A stretch of 64,000 bases of DNA from the human T2T-CHM13v2.0 reference genome, Homo sapiens. Shown one piece after another: positions 57,111 to 64,000 of the stretch. The first letter of the stretch is position 1; each line of letters begins with the position of its first letter. A program made the translations under genes and the position numbers. Below the pieces are notes generated by a model, which was given only the letters and a program-made list of their open reading frames with translations, did not search any database and was not told the origin of the DNA. The stretch lies in assembly GCA_009914755.4 (NCBI GenBank), contig CP068257.2:37056001-37120000 (forward strand), given 5' to 3'.

Positions 57111-58646
57111 TTCTGAGTCCCAGAAGTGTCCACAATTACACTAGACAGCTGATCAGACCACAAACTCCATTCTTTTTTGGGGGCTTGAATTTTTACTTTT
57201 TGGTAATTTTTTTTCCAATTGTGAAAGCAATACATGTTCATTGTAGGAAATGTGAATAAGAAAAAAAAATGAAGAATATTAATCTCTTAGGAATGCTGTT
57301 CATATGTGGTTGATTTTATTCCAAATTTTTTTCATCTAAGTATGTATGTCAAATATTTGATGCAAAATTAGTATCACGCAATATACTTTTACATTTTGTC
57401 TTACTTTTTACAATTTTAATATTGTGTCAGGAAACACTTGCTGTGTTAATATTCTTAGAAAATAGAATTTAAAATGCCTACACAATAGTGCAGTGAACAT
57501 GTCTTTTAATTTATTTAGAAATGTTCTTACCCTTAAGTATTTAGCTTGTCTTAGGTTTTGGTTTGGAGTAAATGAACATGTACATAAATTTCTGTGTCTG
57601 TTGCTGGATTACTCATTAGGACAATTCCTAGTAACAGAACAGCTGATTCGGAGGGCATGCCTGTGGCTGATATGGGGCTTGATTTATACTTGCAAATGGT
57701 GCTTCCAAAGTATTTGACCAATATGCATTCCCCCAGTGGTAGAGAAGACCCCGGTGCTCCCTTGCTAGAGGTTGTTTGGCTGAGTCATGCTGCCTCCCCA
57801 GCATACACAAAATGGATCTTACAGACGAGAAAATAAGGCTTAGACCAACTGGGTGACTTATGTGAGATTAGTGACAAAACCAAGCAGGGACAACAAATTG
57901 TGTTTCCTCCAAACCAGAAGAAAGAGACACGAACCAAGTGACACCCAACTGGCAGAGATACCACAGCTTGAAATGTCACCTCTCCGCCCACCAACTCCAC
58001 CCCAGCCCCTGGCCACCCACAGACTCTCTTGCAAAGCAAACACAGCATACTATGTCTTCAGCGATTCCAGAAACTTCGCCTCTTGGAACCTGCCGGAACA
58101 TTTCCAAATCATGGCCAAATTATAATTTCTCTCACCCACACAGTCACCAAATGACCCATGTGATGAGGAATTTGCTATCCATGGCAGACAAGATCCAACA
58201 CCAATAAAATGTCCTGGCCCCGGGCTGTTCAAAGGAAAGCCTCTGTTTTTAAACCTCGTATTAAAAATAAATACATAAAGTTGACAGCTGTCAGCAAGAC
58301 GTACGTGAACTAGAAACTCAGGTCATTGTCTTTTGCCTTTTTCTTAAAACAAGATGGGGTTTCTGTCCTCTATTGTGATTTGAGCCACAGCAGAGGGACC
58401 ACAGCTTGTTTTAGGATTGCAGTCAAAGCTATCACTGGAAGAACAATTTGTATTGCTATGCCAAAGCTGGGCTGCATATTAAAATATTCCCACTTCTCCT
58501 TTTGTAACTTGGAGTTTCTCATTTCTTTTTCCAAATGTCTATCAAAAATAATCTTTTTTTAAAAGAATAGCAACTTAGCCCTTGAATCATTAATTTTATT
58601 TTTTTCAATCTACTTTAAATATATATATATATTTAAATGCAGAGAT

Positions 58647-59012
58647 TGTCTTAGTCCGTTCAGGCTGCTATAATGAAGTATCATAGACTGGGTGGCTCAT
58701 ACACAACAGAACTTTATTTCTCACAGCCTCGGAGGCTGGAAGTTGGAGATCAGGCTGCTGGTATGGTTGGTTGGGTTCTGGTGAGGGCTCCCTTCCAGGT
58801 TGCAGATGGCTGCCAACTTCTCATTGCATCCTCGCACGGTAGAAAGAGAACTACCAAGTTCTCTGGCCTCTTCTTATTAAGATGCTAATCCCATTTATGA
58901 GGGCTCCACCCTCATGACCTCCCAAAGCTCCCAGTACCAAGTACCATCATCTTGGGATTAGAGTTTCAACATATACATTTTGAGGGGAACATAAATATTC
59001 AGTCCATTGCAG
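58647..59012 (-). mobile_element. ERVL-MaLR solo LTR (MLT1-type), minus orientation, near full length
   Basis: tgtcttagtccgttcaggctgctataatgaagtatcatagactgggtggctcatacacaacagaactttatttctcacagcctcggaggctggaagttggagatcagg...ccatttatgagggctccaccctcatgacctcccaaagctcccagtaccaagtaccatcatcttgggattagagtttcaacatatacattttgaggggaacataaatattcagtccattgca. Confidence 0.75.
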
Positions 59013-59097
59013 ATATAATGCATTAATTCTGTTTTCATCATCCACTTTGGAAACAGATATATTCAAAGATAGATATAATACATAAGTTTCCAATTCC

Positions 59098-59403
59098 CTT
59101 TTTTTTTTCTTTTTTTGAGACGGAGTTTCACTCTTGTTGCCCAGGCTGGAGTGCAATGGTGTGAACTACGGCTCACCGCAACCTCTGCCTCCTGGGTTCA
59201 AGCAATTCTCCTGCCTCAGCCTCCTGAGCAGCTGGGATTACAGGCATGTGCCACCACACTAGGCTAATTTTTTATGTATTTTTAGTACAGACGGGGTTTC
59301 TCCATTTTGGTCAGGGTGGTCTCAAACTCCCAACCTCAGGTGATCTACCTGCCTTGGCCTCCCAAAGTGCTGGGATTACAGGCGTGAGCCACCGCGCCTG
59401 GCT
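59098..59403 (-). mobile_element. Alu SINE, minus orientation, TSD ttccaattc
   Basis: tttttttttctttttttgagacggagtttcactcttgttgcccaggctggagtgcaatggtgtgaactacggctcaccgcaacctctgcctcctgggttcaagcaattctcctgcctcagcctcctgagcagctgggattacaggcatgtgccaccacactaggctaattttttatgtatttttagtacagacggggtttctccattttggtcagggtggtctcaaactcccaacctcaggtgatctacctgccttggcctcccaaagtgctgggattacaggcgtgagccaccgcgcctggc. Confidence 0.92.
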
Positions 59404-59900
59404 CCAATTCTTTTTTAATTGGTTAGGATCAACTACATAAAGAGCAGCAAACTTCTGTAACTAAATGCAGGGTTTTACGGAGCTTGAGAGGTCTCTACAA
59501 TTTGTTATCTTTTAGATATTTAGATTTTTTTTCCTTTTAATCTTTATACTCTTATTTCGAACTTTCATTTAATTTTTTAGTTGAAATGAAAGTTAGACTT
59601 AACTGCAAACACTTTAAGATGAGCTCAGTTTCCTGCTCACATATTGTCTTCAGAACCCCATTCCCCACCGGCATCTGATGCCCAGCCAATTCTCGGTACA
59701 CATTTGTCATCTGTTTAGCAAAGAAGAAAGCCTCACAGATGTGAAGTGACTTACCTAGGCTGCATCATAAGACTGACAGAGGCAGGGCCAGAACCTTCTT
59801 CTGAATCAAATTCCGTCCCAACCTCCCTACCCAGAGAGAAAGCCTAGCTAAATTGCTAAATTACCTGCAGGCCAGGCCCTATTCCAGCTGCATGCAATTC

Positions 59901-59924
59901 TTTTTTTTTTTTTTTTTTTTTTTT
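59901..59924 (+). repeat. T24 homopolymer
   Basis: caattc(t)24gccttgcaatgcactgg; no Alu body adjacent. Confidence 0.85.
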
Positions 59925-61029
59925 GCCTTGCAATGCACTGGGGGCCATGTTAAGAACATCCTTAGTTCGGTACAACTTTAGACTGGTGGGTTGTTGTCTA
60001 GAAAATATTTTTTCTACTAGAAAATTATTTGTTCAAGCTTTGGGAGAACTTGCAAAAAACATTTTCAACTTTGTTTAAAAATCATAGTTAATGCTTCAAA
60101 ACCCAACCCATGTCCTAATTCCAGTCCTCTCCTCTCTAGAGGAGAGCGTAGGGCTTTTCCTTTCCACCCTGCTGCCCAACCAGTAGCCAGGACCCTTCCC
60201 TGGAGAGGTCACCTGCCCACCATCCTGTCCCCTTCAACCCCCAAGTGCAAAGTCACCAGGTGCCAGCTCCCTATACCCCTCACCCCTCACCTGCACTCTC
60301 TCCTGATGGTGACTCCTTGCAGCCCTCACTTGTACACATGGGCAGGAAAAGGGAGCCAGTTCCTTGGGCATAGGGCTGCCCCCTAGGCAGAAAGATAAAG
60401 ATCCACGCCCTATTCACCCCACCTCTGCCCAGTCCAAGGGAAGCCATCATCAACCTTCCACCATCTCCTTGGCAAACTCCAATTTTTTAACCCACACACC
60501 CAATATCTATTAAAATATTGATTTGTTTTGTAAATAATATACAAGTGTTCAAATAATTTTTATGTGTCCTATAAAAATAAAAGTACTGAAATTTGAGATA
60601 AAAATAGGTATGAAGAGAAATCCTAATATTTTCTTTCAGCACCCCCAGGAGACTGCTTACAGAGGTATTTGCTCGCACACATACACACACTCCTTGAGGT
60701 GTGCACACTCTTCTCAGAACCTTTCCATCCAGCGTGTTCTGGAGCCTGGGTCTGTAGCATCAGTGCTCTGCGTCGACCACTGGGGAGTGGGGAGGGGTGG
60801 GCACCCATCAAACAAGCACTTTAGGCACACTTCACCCATCCTGTCCACCATGGACAGAATGCTAGAGGAAAAAAATTTTCTCATGTTTTTTGCCTGTATC
60901 TGCTTTTGTATTTTTACATTACCAAAGCCCATCCTACTCAGCCTTTAGAATTCTAAAGAATACAATTTATGTAATGTATAGCTGAGGGTATAGGATGGCG
61001 CTCAGTTCAGTATCTTTGTGTTTCCTTTT

Positions 61030-61650
<621 letters not shown>

Positions 61651-61799
61651 AGCCTCAGTATTTTTAAACCCAAATTATTGCCAGAGAAATTGGTATATTT
61701 ATTCAGATGAAAAATACTTGCATTAGTAAGCGAAAATATCTGTCATCGTCACTTTACAGAAAATGGAAAAGGATGAGGATTGCACAAAAACTAGAAATT

Positions 61800-62335
61800 C
61801 CATCCCGGGTGTTTTTCCTCCTCAGCAACGGGCACAGGTCGTTCCAGTTTTGGCCAGGCGGTGGCGCTCGAGGCAAACGGTGTCATGAAACGGTCACTGG
61901 ATGCACTGACCCTGAAGATGCTCTCAAAGCACGAGTCCGTTCATCAGAGAGTGGACTTGACACCCATCAGAAACATTCCCGGAGTGCGTTGGTGTGAAGG
62001 TGCGAGGAGAGTCGGGGAAGCATCCCGAAGCCCTGCTAGGCGAATGGGTACTGCTGAGATTACAGGGTCAGCACAAAGCAGAATACAGGACCCGAAAATA
62101 ACAGCTGCACCGGAAGAATACTTGACCACTGTTTAAGAAGGAATTTGACGAAGAGCAGTCACCGAGTGCAGCCCTGGGCCGGCTAAAGGAAAAGAAAAAA
62201 AATCACTCAACTGCCGCTCGGCGGCGGGAATGCCAGGCGGGTCAGAGAAGGGAAACAGGGTGCTTTGCAGCCGCGGTGCAGGCGCAGGGCAACCCCCTGC
62301 CCAGCACTGAAGTCTAGAGCAGGCTCTGCGGGTAA
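61800..62335. promoter_or_regulatory. CpG-island-like unique segment (candidate promoter/first exon of an unidentified transcript)
   Basis: About 30 CpG dinucleotides counted in about 540 bp (e.g. ggcggtggcgctcgaggcaaacggtg, ccgctcggcggcgggaatgccaggcggg, gccgcggtgcaggcgcagg), compared with about 0-3 CpG per 500 bp elsewhere in non-repeat DNA of this window. GC is about 55% and the segment is repeat-free. Confidence 0.45.
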
Positions 62336-62988
62336 ATAGGAGAAAATCCTAGTGAGCCTTATTGTGATTCAACATTTAGAATTTTCCCCCAGTTCTGACC
62401 TTGAGATTTAATAAAAGGCGTTTTCAAGTTACACTGGTTCTCTTTTCATATGGAAATGAATTTGGGGTGATTGTTTTCACTGGTGTCTTATTACTTTACG
62501 AAATTATGAGCACCCCTTTGCAAGGAAAAATACCTTCTGTCCTTTGGATTGCTGGTTAAATACGGGTAATTTTCATTCCTATTTAAATCAACTTGAAAAA
62601 ACAAAAGGAGGCCACGTAGGCAAAAGTTCGTTTTGAGGAAGGAAGTTCTCCTAAAAGCTAGGGTAAGTAGATTTTGCTTCAATCTGCATATTTTTCAAGG
62701 AAAGACTTTTAAAACGAAATGTTTCTAAAACCTGAAATTTTAAAGGCAAATACATAGTCTTTTTAATAAAGCAAAGCATATTCTGCATTCCCACCTTTTA
62801 CGAGAATAAAATAAAATATCTAGAGACAAATACATTTGGATTTGTGAAAGGAAAATAAATATTGGGACCACAAAATCACTAAGCTAAAGAGAAAAGTCAA
62901 GCTGGAAACTGCTTAGGTCAAACCTGCCTCCCATCCCTCTGCTTGCTAAGATGAATGCATATCTGCTTGCCTCATTTTAAAAAGTTAA

Positions 62989-63310
<322 letters not shown>

Positions 63311-64000
63311 TCATTTGTCTCTTAACTACCTGTGACATGGAAGCCCTGTCTCTGCTTCAAGTTGTCCTGCCTTTCCAGACCGAACCAAGATACATTTTAC
63401 ATATGTTGATCAATGTCTCATGTCTCCCTAAAATGTATAAACCCAAGCTATTGCCCCGACCACCTTGAACACATGTCGTCAGGACTTCCTGAGGCTGTAT
63501 CACTGGTGCAAATCCTTATCTATCGCAAAATAAACTTCCTAAATTGACTGAGACTTATCTCAGATAGTTGGGGTTCATAGGTTCATTTTCAATTTCTAGA
63601 GAACCTCTAATGGAGTCATAATTATAAAAGTCTCATTCCATTTCTTGGAAATTTGGGGACAGACAGAGAGAGAAGATTATGATTTACAATGGGGCAATAA
63701 GGAAGAATAATGGAAAAAAAAAAGAAAAGAAAAGATCAGCATCCCCTTCAGGAATAACTATGTTTTATGAGGCTGAGCCATGAAGCAACTAACAGAATCA
63801 TATCCCACACCTCTCCCAGTAATGCCCAAGTTCAAGACAAGCTTTGCAGTAAGAGCACCTGAGTCTGTCATTTCATGTCCTATTTTTCTGTTTCATTTTG
63901 TACCAGTCCCTGGAAAATTCTCTGTGACTTCCTTTTCCAGCACATAAGGGCTCATGTCTCTGAGAGAAGCCAAGTCCTATCCTCTCCAGATAGAATGAAA

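Overview
The window is mammalian (primate, most likely human) nuclear DNA, not a prokaryotic locus. Base composition is AT-biased with strong CpG depletion, and the sequence is saturated with primate retroelements. I count about 23 Alu insertions or fragments, most with readable poly-A tails and target-site duplications. There are about 12 ERVL-MaLR solo LTRs of THE1, MST and MLT1 type. There are several L1 3'-end fragments, including a young L1PA tail nested in an old L1M 3'UTR, plus an L2 3' end and MIR fragments. Microsatellites are common: (GGGGA)n, (TTCC)n, a compound (GATA)n(GACA)n, (AT)n, (CA)n and homopolymer tracts. Essentially every entry in the six-frame ORF track is either a translation of these repeats or a short chance ORF in AT-rich unique DNA. 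Alu-derived ORFs give peptides such as ...[18 protein letters not shown]..., and microsatellite ORFs give poly-Pro or KEGRKEGRKE runs. I cannot support any protein-coding gene, operon or defence-system architecture from this sequence. The only gene-like signal is a 540-bp CpG-island-like unique segment near the 3' edge (about 61.8-62.3 kb). It could be a promoter or first exon of a transcript that lies mostly outside the window, and a second, smaller CpG-enriched patch sits at about 3.14-3.56 kb next to an A25 tract. The most interesting structures are small rearrangements. A 61-bp inverted copy of sequence from 2 kb upstream is inserted into an (AT)n microsatellite. A 90-bp tandem duplication is 98% identical between copies. 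A roughly 200-bp macro-duplication carries a GATA-type STR. A head-to-head chimeric Alu junction is present. Two Alus are inserted in tandem at the same target site. Several young Alu insertions have clean 10-15 bp TSDs. Family-level repeat names such as THE1 versus MST versus MLT1 are my best reading and need RepeatMasker/Dfam confirmation.
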